Of a stretch of DNA of 64,000 nucleotides, positions 1-9,300 are shown one piece after another (the stretch's first letter is position 1; every line of letters starts with the position of its first letter). A program made the position numbers and the translations under genes. Source of the DNA: Crocinitomicaceae bacterium (lineage in GTDB: Bacteria; Bacteroidota; Bacteroidia; Flavobacteriales_D; Crocinitomicaceae); NCBI GenBank assembly GCA_044348645.1, contig JBIKSL010000011.1:1297-65296 (forward strand), read 5' to 3'. The notes under the pieces were generated by a model. It worked only from the letters and a program-made list of their open reading frames with translations. It searched no databases and was not told the origin of the DNA.

Positions 1-1113
1 GAAATTATCCTCTCGCTCCATTCCAAGTCGCACAACTACAAGACGTTTATTCGGAATCGCTATGATGTATTGACCTTTCAAGCCCCGACAATAGTATATA
101 GGATTGCCCTTATTTTTGTAAATCCAAATTTGCCAACCGTAGCGTAAGTTTCGAATGTTCTCATCGGTGGCCAATGCTGGTGTTTTTACCATTTCGTTGA
201 TGTACCATTTCGGAACGATTTGCTGATCCCCAATTTTACCTTCGTTCAAAAGCAAAAGCCCAAAAAGCGAAAAATCACGTGGAGTGGCATACAAACAGCA
301 AAATGCTTTTTCAGCTCCATTCTCTTTGTCCAAACTCCAAAAAGCTTGATGTCCTGCTCCCATTGGTTTCCAAAGTTTTTCTTCCGTGTATTCGGAAATG
401 CTTTTTCCAGTCGCTTTTTGAAGAATGAACCCGAGAATCTGAGAGTCTCCACTTTGGTAATTGAATTTAGTTCCTGGTTTTTCAACAACGTGTTGACGTG
501 TTACCAATCCATACAAATCATCGCCATAATAAGCTTCCGCTGCTTCAGAAATGGGGTTACTACCACTTTCTTCCCAATCAAATCCTGCGGCCATCAATAG
601 CAAATGACGAATGGTAATGTCGTTTCTTCCATTTTCATTAAATTCGGATAAATAGTTCCCAACAGGTTCATCAACACTTTTGATTTTACCTTCTTCAATT
701 GCAATTCCGATGAGCAAACTAATAACAGTTTTTGCCGAAGAAAAGGAATTAGAAACCCTTTCTTCATTGTGAAAGCCAAAGTATTTCTCAAATAAAAGCG
801 TATCATTTTTAAAAACTAAAAAAGCTTTCGTTCCAAGTCGTTGGTGATATTTTCGTTCGAATTTATCAAAATGAAATTGATTCATGCGATCGTGATTTTT
901 CCACAAATAGGGTTCGTTTGCTTTATCAATGGTGGTATGGGGAAAGACATCCAAATCGTAAATCCCAGGCCCTGATTTGCCAATGGCGTATGTTTTCATT
1001 ATTCCAGAATACAAATAAATTCGTCCGGAAAGAAGAATGAACAAATTCAGCGCAATAAGAATGGTTAAGAGCGTATATAGGAAATAGCGAGCACTTTTTT
1101 TTACTTTAGTCAT
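1..1113 (-). CDS. Serine hydrolase of the beta-lactamase/transpeptidase-like family (partial; the C-terminus runs off the left edge)
   Basis: This is absent from the ORF track because there is no stop codon inside the window. My own minus-strand translation from the ATG at 1113 gives an uninterrupted 371-codon frame. It reads MTKVKKSARYFLYTLLTILIALNLFILL (a TM anchor), then FSSAKTVISLLIGIAIEEGKI (S-x-x-K motif), then NYQSGDSQILGFIL and LRYGWQIW. The start overlaps the lipB stop (ATGACTAA). Confidence 0.8.
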   Translation of the reverse strand, partial: MTKVKKSARYFLYTLLTILIALNLFILLSGRIYLYSGIMKTYAIGKSGPGIYDLDVFPHTTIDKANEPYLWKNHDRMNQFHFDKFERKYHQRLGTKAFLVFKNDTLLFEKYFGFHNEERVSNSFSSAKTVISLLIGIAIEEGKIKSVDEPVGNYLSEFNENGRNDITIRHLLLMAAGFDWEESGSNPISEAAEAYYGDDLYGLVTRQHVVEKPGTKFNYQSGDSQILGFILQKATGKSISEYTEEKLWKPMGAGHQAFWSLDKENGAEKAFCCLYATPRDFSLFGLLLLNEGKIGDQQIVPKWYINEMVKTPALATDENIRNLRYGWQIWIYKNKGNPIYYCRGLKGQYIIAIPNKRLVVVRLGMEREDNF

Positions 1114-1822
1114 GGCCTTGTGATTTTGTGGTGAAATCAAAAAGTTTGGCGAGGTGGTTTAGTAAAATCTGAGAAACTTTATGGATGTCAATTTCTCTTC
1201 CCAACTCGCGTTGCATTGAAGTTACCGCTTTATCGTCAATTCCACAAGGAATGATATGTGAAAAAAAGTTTAAATCTGTATTTATATTAAATCCGATGCC
1301 ATGCATTGTAACCCATCGAGAGCTTTTTACACCCATCGCACAAATTTTTCGAGCATTTTTCGTGTCGCCTTGAATCCAAACACCTGTGAGGCCATCTACG
1401 CGTCCTGATTGGATTCCAAAATCGCTCAAAGTAAGAATAACTGCTTCCTCCAAAAATCGCATGTATTTGTGAATATCCGTGAAAAATTGTTCCAAATCAA
1501 ATATCGGATAAACCACCAATTGACCAGGGCCGTGATATGTGATGTCGCCACCTCGATTGATTTTGTAGTAGGACGCTTCTTGCTCTGTTAATTCGGTTTC
1601 ATTCAGAAGCAAATTCTCTGGATTACCACTTTTCCCGAGTGTAAATACGTGTGAATGCTGACAAAACAAGATGTGATTTTCTGGAATTTCATCCGTTTCA
1701 CCATTTCGTTTTGCAATTTTTAAATCAATTGCTTTTTTGAATAAAGTTTCTTGATAATCCCACGCTTCCTTGTAGTCAATTAGACCCAAGTCGTGAAGAT
1801 ACACAAGGGGCTTTTTATCCAT
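1106..1822 (-). CDS. lipB: Lipoyl(octanoyl) transferase LipB
   Basis: The 238-aa product carries the LipB signature NRGGDITYHGPGQLVVYPI, then KICAMGVK, and IIPCGI (catalytic Cys region). Confidence 0.93.
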   Translation of the reverse strand: MDKKPLVYLHDLGLIDYKEAWDYQETLFKKAIDLKIAKRNGETDEIPENHILFCQHSHVFTLGKSGNPENLLLNETELTEQEASYYKINRGGDITYHGPGQLVVYPIFDLEQFFTDIHKYMRFLEEAVILTLSDFGIQSGRVDGLTGVWIQGDTKNARKICAMGVKSSRWVTMHGIGFNINTDLNFFSHIIPCGIDDKAVTSMQRELGREIDIHKVSQILLNHLAKLFDFTTKSQGHD

Positions 1823-2804
1823 TGAATTTGGCCATTTCTCCCTTCAAATAATCAATGATTTGAATATCGATGATGTCGGCTCCATTTAGATTACATAAAT
1901 AGTAGGAAGCCCAATCTACAACATTGATCAAATAAATGGAACGCTCGACGAAGTTGGAACCTTTCGAGTTCAATTTGAATATTTTACCGCATTTTGACTC
2001 AATGTGAGACATGGTTATTTCCAATCTTTTTTGATTTCTTGGATGTAAGTCTCCCGTGCAGAAAAAAACAGGTGCAAAACGTGAATCGCCGCCAGTCCAA
2101 CCAACAAGTTCGTTGTGGTTCATTTCCGGAATGGTATGTTGCCAACCTAAATATTTCGAATTCTCATTAAATTGCTGACGTGCACGAACAATCACACCTT
2201 CATATTTCGTTTCCGAATAGCAAACACCAACTTTTCCAAAAAGGAAATCTGCAAGTTCTTTCGCTACGCTGTGAATGTTATCGTTTTCAGAATTCAATAG
2301 ATTAACTGAATTAACCATTTGTTCCAAACTTGTTTTAGCAATAAAGCCTAATTTGGAAAGAATGTCAAGTAATTGCACAACTGAAAAAGCTAAAGCACTT
2401 CTTGGTGGATTACCTCCAGGAACTATAACATAATCGTAATTATTTGATTTACAGAAATCTGCTAAAATTCCACCGCTGCAAATACCGATTATGTGGCAAC
2501 CAAGTTCGTGCGCTTCGTGGATACTCATAATCGTTTCCTCCGTATTTCCAGAATAAGAAGAGCCAATCACCAATGTGTTTTTGTCTACAAATGCAGGTAA
2601 AGCATATTCATTGCTTATCAATAAAGGGATTTTAATCTCATCTTGAATCCAATTAGAAACGATTTTTGCGCCGATTCCAGATCCACCTAATCCACAGATT
2701 AGAATGTTTCGGATTTCATTTGCCGGTTTTTGATAGTTTTTACTTTCTGCAATTTTTACAGCATCTAGGATGTTTTGGGGAAATGCTTCTATTAGGGTTT
2801 TCAT
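1815..2804 (-). CDS. SIS-domain bifunctional phosphoglucose/phosphomannose isomerase family protein
   Basis: The 329-aa product has ILICGLGGSGIGAKIV and GSSYSGNTEETI SIS motifs. The C-terminal half is typical of the bacterial PGI/PMI family. It overlaps the lipB start by 8 nt, so the two genes are translationally coupled. Confidence 0.75.
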   Translation of the reverse strand: MKTLIEAFPQNILDAVKIAESKNYQKPANEIRNILICGLGGSGIGAKIVSNWIQDEIKIPLLISNEYALPAFVDKNTLVIGSSYSGNTEETIMSIHEAHELGCHIIGICSGGILADFCKSNNYDYVIVPGGNPPRSALAFSVVQLLDILSKLGFIAKTSLEQMVNSVNLLNSENDNIHSVAKELADFLFGKVGVCYSETKYEGVIVRARQQFNENSKYLGWQHTIPEMNHNELVGWTGGDSRFAPVFFCTGDLHPRNQKRLEITMSHIESKCGKIFKLNSKGSNFVERSIYLINVVDWASYYLCNLNGADIIDIQIIDYLKGEMAKFNG

Positions 2805-2824
2805 ATTTTGTTTTTTTTGATTTT

Positions 2825-2880
2825 AGGACTTTGGGATATTAGGATTATAGGATATTAGGATTATAGGATATTAGGATTTT
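2825..2880. repeat. Phased 8-bp (16-bp unit) tandem repeat: AGGACTTT GGGATATT AGGATTAT AGGATATT AGGATTAT AGGATATT AGGATTTT
   Basis: Read directly from the sequence. Seven consecutive 8-mers start with (A/G)GGA. The tract is intergenic and lies 21 nt upstream of the minus-strand PGI/PMI start. Confidence 0.85.
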
Positions 2881-2978
2881 ATGAGGGAATGACTGGATGA
2901 CAAATGACTAAGGGACATTTGGAAAATTCTAAATTCTTCATTCTACATTTTTTAATTTCAAACTTTTAACTTTCAACA

Positions 2979-4520
2979 TTAAAGCGGGATATTTCCATGT
3001 TTCTTTTTGGGTAAGGTTTCTGCTTTCTTTTCCAGCATTTTAAAACCTGCAATGACTTTTGATCTCGTTTCAATAGGTAAAATAACATCATCCACGATTC
3101 CACGCTCAGCCGCACGGTATGGATTGGCAAACATTTCTGCGTATTCTGCTTCTTTTTCAAGCCATTTAGTCTGTGGATCTTCTGCTGATGCAATTTCTCG
3201 TTTGAAAATAATTTCGGCGGCTCCTTTTGCTCCCATTACGGCGATTTCAGCAGTTGGCCACGCGAAATTTAAGTCTGCACCGATGCTTTTAGAGTTCATT
3301 ACATCGAACGCACCACCGTAAGCTTTTCTGGTGATTACTGTGATTCTTGGAACTGTAGCCTCTGAAAATGCATAAAGCAATTTTGCTCCGTGCGTAATAA
3401 TTCCTCGCCATTCTTGGTCTGTTCCAGGTAAGAATCCAGGCACGTCTTCAAAAACGAGAAGTGGAATATTGAACGAATCACAAAAACGAACGAAACGAGC
3501 GCCTTTTCGGGATGCATCAATGTCTAAAACTCCGGCCAAAGCTGCAGGTTGATTGGCAATAACACCGATTGTTCGTCCTTCGATACGCGCAAAACCAACG
3601 ACAATATTTTTAGCGTAATCTGCCTGTACTTCCCTAAAAGTTTCGTCGTCAATTACACATTCCACAACTTTTCGAATATCGTATGGAATATTCACATTTT
3701 CAGGTAGTATTTTCCCAATTTGATCCAATTTAGATTTAGAAAAATTGAAAATCGTTGGTTGAGGCGCTAATTCGTATGCGTTTTGCGGAAAATAGGTTAC
3801 TAAATCACGAACTTTTTTCAGACATTCAACATCATTTGCAGCTGTAAAATGATTCACACCCGACTTTTCAGCATGAGCTTTCGCACCGCCTAAATCTTCT
3901 GATGTTACCTCCTCGTGCGTAACGGTTTTAACAACATTCGGTCCAGTAACAAACATGTAAGAGGTTTCCTCCACCATAAAGATGAAATCTGTCAAAGCAG
4001 GAGAATAAACAGCACCGCCAGCACAAGGTCCCATGATTACGGAAATCTGAGGAATTACTCCTGAAGCTCTGGTATTTCTATAAAAAATGTCGGCATAACC
4101 AGCTAAAGATACGACCCCTTCTTGGATTCGAGCTCCTCCTGAATCATTTAAGCCAATTACAGGCGCGCCATTTTTCATAGCCAAATCCATAATCCTGCAG
4201 ATTTTAGCCGCGTGTGTCTCCGAAAGTGAACCACCTAAAACGGTAAAATCTTGTGAGAAAACATAAACTAATCGACCATGAATGGTTCCAAATCCAGTGA
4301 TTACACCGTCACCAGGAAATTTTTGTTTGTCTAAACCAAATGCGCTAGCTCGATGTTCAACAAAAGCTCCGATTTCTTCGAACGAATTTTCATCTAATAA
4401 AAGAGTTACACGTTCTCGAGCGGTAAGTTTCCCTTGCTGATGTTGTTTATCAATACGATCCTGACCCCCACCTGTTTTTGCATTTTCTCTTCGTTGGAGT
4501 AAATCTTGGTTTTTATCCAT
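2979..4520 (-). CDS. Acyl-CoA carboxylase carboxyltransferase (beta) subunit, propionyl-CoA carboxylase / methylmalonyl-CoA decarboxylase type
   Basis: The product is about 513 aa. It carries the [12 protein letters not shown] and [17 protein letters not shown] carboxyltransferase motifs. I placed the start at the ATG at 4520; the track uses a GTG at 4526. Confidence 0.92.
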   Translation of the reverse strand: MDKNQDLLQRRENAKTGGGQDRIDKQHQQGKLTARERVTLLLDENSFEEIGAFVEHRASAFGLDKQKFPGDGVITGFGTIHGRLVYVFSQDFTVLGGSLSETHAAKICRIMDLAMKNGAPVIGLNDSGGARIQEGVVSLAGYADIFYRNTRASGVIPQISVIMGPCAGGAVYSPALTDFIFMVEETSYMFVTGPNVVKTVTHEEVTSEDLGGAKAHAEKSGVNHFTAANDVECLKKVRDLVTYFPQNAYELAPQPTIFNFSKSKLDQIGKILPENVNIPYDIRKVVECVIDDETFREVQADYAKNIVVGFARIEGRTIGVIANQPAALAGVLDIDASRKGARFVRFCDSFNIPLLVFEDVPGFLPGTDQEWRGIITHGAKLLYAFSEATVPRITVITRKAYGGAFDVMNSKSIGADLNFAWPTAEIAVMGAKGAAEIIFKREIASAEDPQTKWLEKEAEYAEMFANPYRAAERGIVDDVILPIETRSKVIAGFKMLEKKAETLPKKKHGNIPL

Positions 4521-4771
4521 GGACACAAAAATAAAAAATCATCTTTATTAAATGCGTTTAGGTTTGGTTTATTTGATAAAATTGCCATGTAATACCAAAT
4601 CTAAATTCTTGTCTACAATATGCTGTTCTTACCAATCAAGATAGATAAAGACACCTTAATCCTTTTGCTCTATTTAATTGATTGTAAATGATTTAGCGCC
4701 TCATGAAGAATCAATAAATTATACAAAAGAGCTAGTTTTGATAACTAGTTATAATCAAAAATGAAAATTAT

Positions 4772-6256
4772 TTACTCCATTCTATTTTTCCATGAAGAAC
4801 CAATTTCTTGGGAAGCGAATTCCGTTGTTTTAAGTTTTTTCAAGTCATTCCATATATCTTCGATTGCATGAACCAAAGCATCTTCTTCCTCTATCATGGC
4901 TGAATTTACAATGTATGGATCTTGAAAATAATGTTTGATGAAATTGGTATCGAAATCTCCACTTCGAAAAGCGGGGTGTGATAAAACAAATTTTCCAAAA
5001 TCTAGCGTTGTTTTAACTCCCGATATTTGATAATTGTCAATTGCTTCTATTGCTCGATCCATGGCTTCCTCACGCGATTTTCCCCAAACTACCAATTTCG
5101 CAATCATTGGGTCATAGTAAATTGGAATGTCCATTCCTTCCAAAAATGCATCGTCAACACGAACATATTTTCCACTTGGTATTCGGTAGCGTGAAAGCGT
5201 TCCAATATCTGGAGTAAATCCGTTCAATGTATCTTCGGCATAAACTCGAATTTCAACAGCATGACCATTGATTTTTAGTTCGTCTTGAAGCTTTGGAAGC
5301 CTTTCTCCTTTAGCTACGCGAACTTGCCATTCAACTAAATCAAGCCCGGTTATCTCCTCAGTTACAGGATGTTCCACCTGCAGACGCGTATTCATTTCCA
5401 AGAAATAAAAATTCAAAGATGCATCCAACAAAAACTCAACAGTTCCTGCGCCTTCATAGTTACAAGCTTTACAAACTTCAACTGCGGCTTCTCCCATTTG
5501 TTTTCTCAATTCTGGAGTTAGAACTGCACTAGGTGCTTCTTCAATAACTTTTTGGTGTCGGCGTTGAACAGAACACTCTCTTTCGAATAGATAAACTACA
5601 TTTCCATGTTGATCTGCAAAAACTTGAATTTCAATGTGTCGCGGTTTATCAACGAATTTTTCAATGAAAACGGCATCATCGCCAAAAGATGAACGTGCTT
5701 CATTTTGAGCCATCATCATTTGCTCCTCGAATTCGTCGCTGTTTTGAACCAAACGCATTCCTTTTCCACCACCACCAGCTGAGGCTTTAATCAAAATTGG
5801 ATAACCAACTTCCTCGGCTATCTTTTTTGCTTCGTTGACATCTGAAATGGCTTCGTCAACTCCAGGAACTAGCGGAACGTTAAATTTCTTTACAGCTTGC
5901 TTGGCGCTGAGTTTATCACCCATAATTTCCATGGACTCTGCAGAAGGACCAATCAATTTAATTCCTACTGCTTTCACTTTCTTTGCAAATCCAGCATTTT
6001 CGGATAAAAATCCATATCCTGGGTGAATTCCGTCAACATTTAACGTCTTGCAATAATCAAGAATTAAGTCTTGCTTCAAGTAACTTTCCGACGAAGGACT
6101 AGCTCCCAAATAAACAGCTTCGTCGGCTTCTAAAACGTGAGGTGCATTTCTATCTGCATCGGAATAGACCGCGACGGTAGAGATATTCATTTTTTTCAGC
6201 GTTCGAATAACTCTTCGAGCAATTTCACCACGATTGGCAATAAGAACTTTTTGCAT
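4772..6256 (-). CDS. Biotin carboxylase subunit of an acetyl/propionyl-CoA carboxylase (no BCCP domain)
   Basis: The 494-aa product starts MQKVLIANRGEIARRVIRT. It carries the ATP-grasp motif GGGGKGMR and EMNTRLQVEHPVTE. The C-terminal tail has no AMKM biotinyl motif. Confidence 0.92.
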   Translation of the reverse strand: MQKVLIANRGEIARRVIRTLKKMNISTVAVYSDADRNAPHVLEADEAVYLGASPSSESYLKQDLILDYCKTLNVDGIHPGYGFLSENAGFAKKVKAVGIKLIGPSAESMEIMGDKLSAKQAVKKFNVPLVPGVDEAISDVNEAKKIAEEVGYPILIKASAGGGGKGMRLVQNSDEFEEQMMMAQNEARSSFGDDAVFIEKFVDKPRHIEIQVFADQHGNVVYLFERECSVQRRHQKVIEEAPSAVLTPELRKQMGEAAVEVCKACNYEGAGTVEFLLDASLNFYFLEMNTRLQVEHPVTEEITGLDLVEWQVRVAKGERLPKLQDELKINGHAVEIRVYAEDTLNGFTPDIGTLSRYRIPSGKYVRVDDAFLEGMDIPIYYDPMIAKLVVWGKSREEAMDRAIEAIDNYQISGVKTTLDFGKFVLSHPAFRSGDFDTNFIKHYFQDPYIVNSAMIEEEDALVHAIEDIWNDLKKLKTTEFASQEIGSSWKNRME

Positions 6257-6334
6257 AAATCTTAATTATTTGAATGGAAAAACTCAATCAACTGCGTCAA
6301 AAATACAATTCATTCTTGACATAACTTGGTTTTA

Positions 6335-9300
6335 CTATTTTTCATCAGGATATTGATTGCTATTTTTTTTGATTAATTCAATTGGGATTTTGGTTTTATT
6401 TTTCGTTTTCTTGAATTTCTTTTTTTCTTTTTTTCTAAAAATATCTAACCCGTATTGAACAAGTTCGAAATCATTCCAATTGTTGAATTCTTCAAGATAT
6501 GAAATTCCCGCACCTTGGGTAAATGATCCTGCTTGCTGATTGATAGAGTTGTTGTTTGATTTGTTAAAAATATTGGCGCGAAAAGTTCCTTTTTCATTGA
6601 TGATGTATTCGATATTTACATCTCCTATTAGCGCACTGCTTTTTGTAGCTCCAGATGATGACGAACCTGAAGCACCGCTGTTTGAGGCGGATTCGCTACC
6701 TGAGTTTCTACTTTCAACTCCAATGCTGCTCGAAATTATTAACCGCTCATTTAACAATCCTTTTTTGAATCCAACCTCAAAAGATTTTTCTCCCATTGTT
6801 CGCTCTTCACCATAATCAACATTGAGTTTATAGCTATCTGTCAAATTATTGAGGGCGGCATTGATTTGAGATTCCACGAGATCTATTGCAGCAGAACTGC
6901 TTGCTGAAATAGTTCCTTTAAGAGGTTGAAATTTACGAGCGATAAGCAAAGAGAAAAACTGGCGATTCAATTCATCGTTATCGGAAGTTACTCTGCGAAT
7001 TAATGCTTTACCAGTTTCAGGAGCACGAGGCGCTTTGATGTCAAATGTAATGTGAGGCTTCAATAATGTTTCATCCAATTTGAGATAGCAATTTACCTCT
7101 TGATTTAAGAGAGAATTATCCATCAATTCGGGACTAAGTTCTAGGATGGATACTTTTTTTAAGTTAACAAAAGTATTGATGTTAATATCCGCATTGTATG
7201 GGCTACCCGACCATTTTATGGTTGATCCTTTTTCAATTTCGAATGGTTGTTGGATTCCGGCCATTGTAAAATTGTATTTACTTCCCTCGGCAATGGTATA
7301 AGTTCCTTCGAGGAATACATTGTCTAATTGATCGAGTTTTAAATTAATTTCTCCTTTGCCTGTGGCTGTTATCTCATCGTTGGTAATATCATTAAAAATC
7401 AAATTTATTTTCGCATTTTGGTTGAATTTGAATTTCATGTCTAAGTCAATCCCTGAAAGGTCTATTCTATCTTTTTCAATTTTATCCTTTATGGATTTGT
7501 CTATAATCGTTACAAAGTCGTCTTTTTCTTCCAATTCAGATACTCCATACATAGGGAAAAATATATGCGTATTCGGTTTTGTTTCTGCCTCAACTGTTAT
7601 GGATAAGCTATTTTCAGTTCCTTCGATATTGGCATAACCACGCGCGTATGCCGTTCCATAGTATATATCACCTTCTTTAAATTTAGTTTTTAAAACTTGA
7701 AATTGTTCAAGAGGTTGAATTTTGCCGCTTAATTTTTGTTTTTTGAATAAATCATCTTCAAAGTTGAACTGTAAATCAAAATTCCATTTTTCGAAATTGG
7801 AATGATTAACCGTGCCGACCAATGCAGCAGTATTTCCGTCCTCGTCTCGAACCGGTATTGGATCGATCAAAAAGGCGTCTTCTTCAACAATTATATTTCC
7901 ATTAATTGTGTATTTAACTCCAAGCAATTCGACTAGTGCTCTGCCTTTACTCAAGTTTAATTTACCTTTTAATTTTGGCATACTAGGATTTCCGTTAACT
8001 TTAATTTTTCCATTAATTTTCCCTGAAATATCTTTAACAACAGATGGATCCATGAATGCATTGGTAAATTCTATATCTGTATTCTCAAAATTTAGAAATA
8101 AATCAAGGTTATCCTTTCCAACATCATAAAATCCAGAAAAATCAAAAGTTCGAAAGTTTTTGTATTCTAAATCTCCGTTAATAATAATTGTTTCTCTTTT
8201 CTGATTCCAATCTGACAACAATTGAATGTTTCCAACCTCTTCCTTGTTCACTTGAAAATCCTGAATTCGAGCTTTTCCTTGGTAGTTAAAATCATGATAT
8301 GGATTAGATATTTCTCCCCATCCTGAAACATTTCCGCCTAATACAGTCGTTAATCCCAAAATATGAGATAATTCGTATAAATCAAAATTGTCCATGTTCA
8401 ATTTGATTTTATCACTATTGTTGTTTGAAATACAACCTTCGATTTGAATTTTTTGATTGTTTCGAGCTAATTTGAGATTAGTAACATTGACATCCTCTGA
8501 GCTGAGATTGATGTCTGATTCATTTTCAATTTTCCATTGTAACCCATTGAGAGAGAAGAATGAAGGGTGTAATTGAAAATTCAATAAATCGTTGTCTAAA
8601 ACGATCGTTTGCCATTGGATCGATGAATAATATTCCGTATTTGGATCCCAGCTCAGCTCCGAATTCAAAACACCAGATTTCCCATTTACCGCGAATAATA
8701 AGTTTTCAAACTTTAGTGAATCACCATATTTTATTTCATCGAGTTGATAATTACCATTAATACCAGATTTGGAAATCGTTTGAGTACAATTCAGATTTTT
8801 AAACGTGAAGTCGTCATATTCAATTAATTGAGAGGTGAGTTTTGCATTTAAATTTGACTCAAGAGAATTATAGTTTCCGGACAATTGACTATTCGGACTG
8901 ATTTTTAAACTTGGAACAAAAATATCCATGAATTCGTCTGAATTTCCAATGCGAAAATCAAAACTAAAATCGCTTATTCCTTTTCTTTTGTTGGTGCTTT
9001 TTATTTTATTAAGAGAAGGAAAAACAATGCTAAATTCACTCAAAAAGTCGTCAACGACTGTTTCGTAATTTATTTTCCCATTAATCTTGGCATTCAAAAC
9101 AAGACTCTTTAATTCGAAAATATCTCCCACGGATGTTCTCTCCAAATCGAAGTTGAATCCTGGAATATTCAATGAATTGCTGTCCTCGATGTATGAAATG
9201 TATTTGGAAGAAATCGTTCCTTTTAAACGATTTAATGCTGAACCTTCGACATGGAAAGAAACATTAGTCGATAATGAAACATTTTTAGCAGACGTTAACC

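Noticed and set aside
220-806. Track ORFs 220..600(+), 246..488(-) and 594..806(-) caught my eye. So did many similar 60-105 aa ORFs elsewhere, such as 3007..3321, 7356..8129, 11322..11956, 24397..25095, 36617..36907 and 53506..53829.
   Set aside because: They lie entirely inside, or antisense to, long ORFs with clear family motifs. They have low-complexity or odd composition. They look like shadow ORFs of an AT-rich genome, so I did not call them as genes.
4527-4771. I considered a possible degraded BCCP (biotin carrier) gene in the gap between the BC and CT genes.
   Set aside because: The minus-strand translation has frequent stops in all three frames and no AMKM-like motif. It looks like plain intergenic DNA with a weak hairpin.
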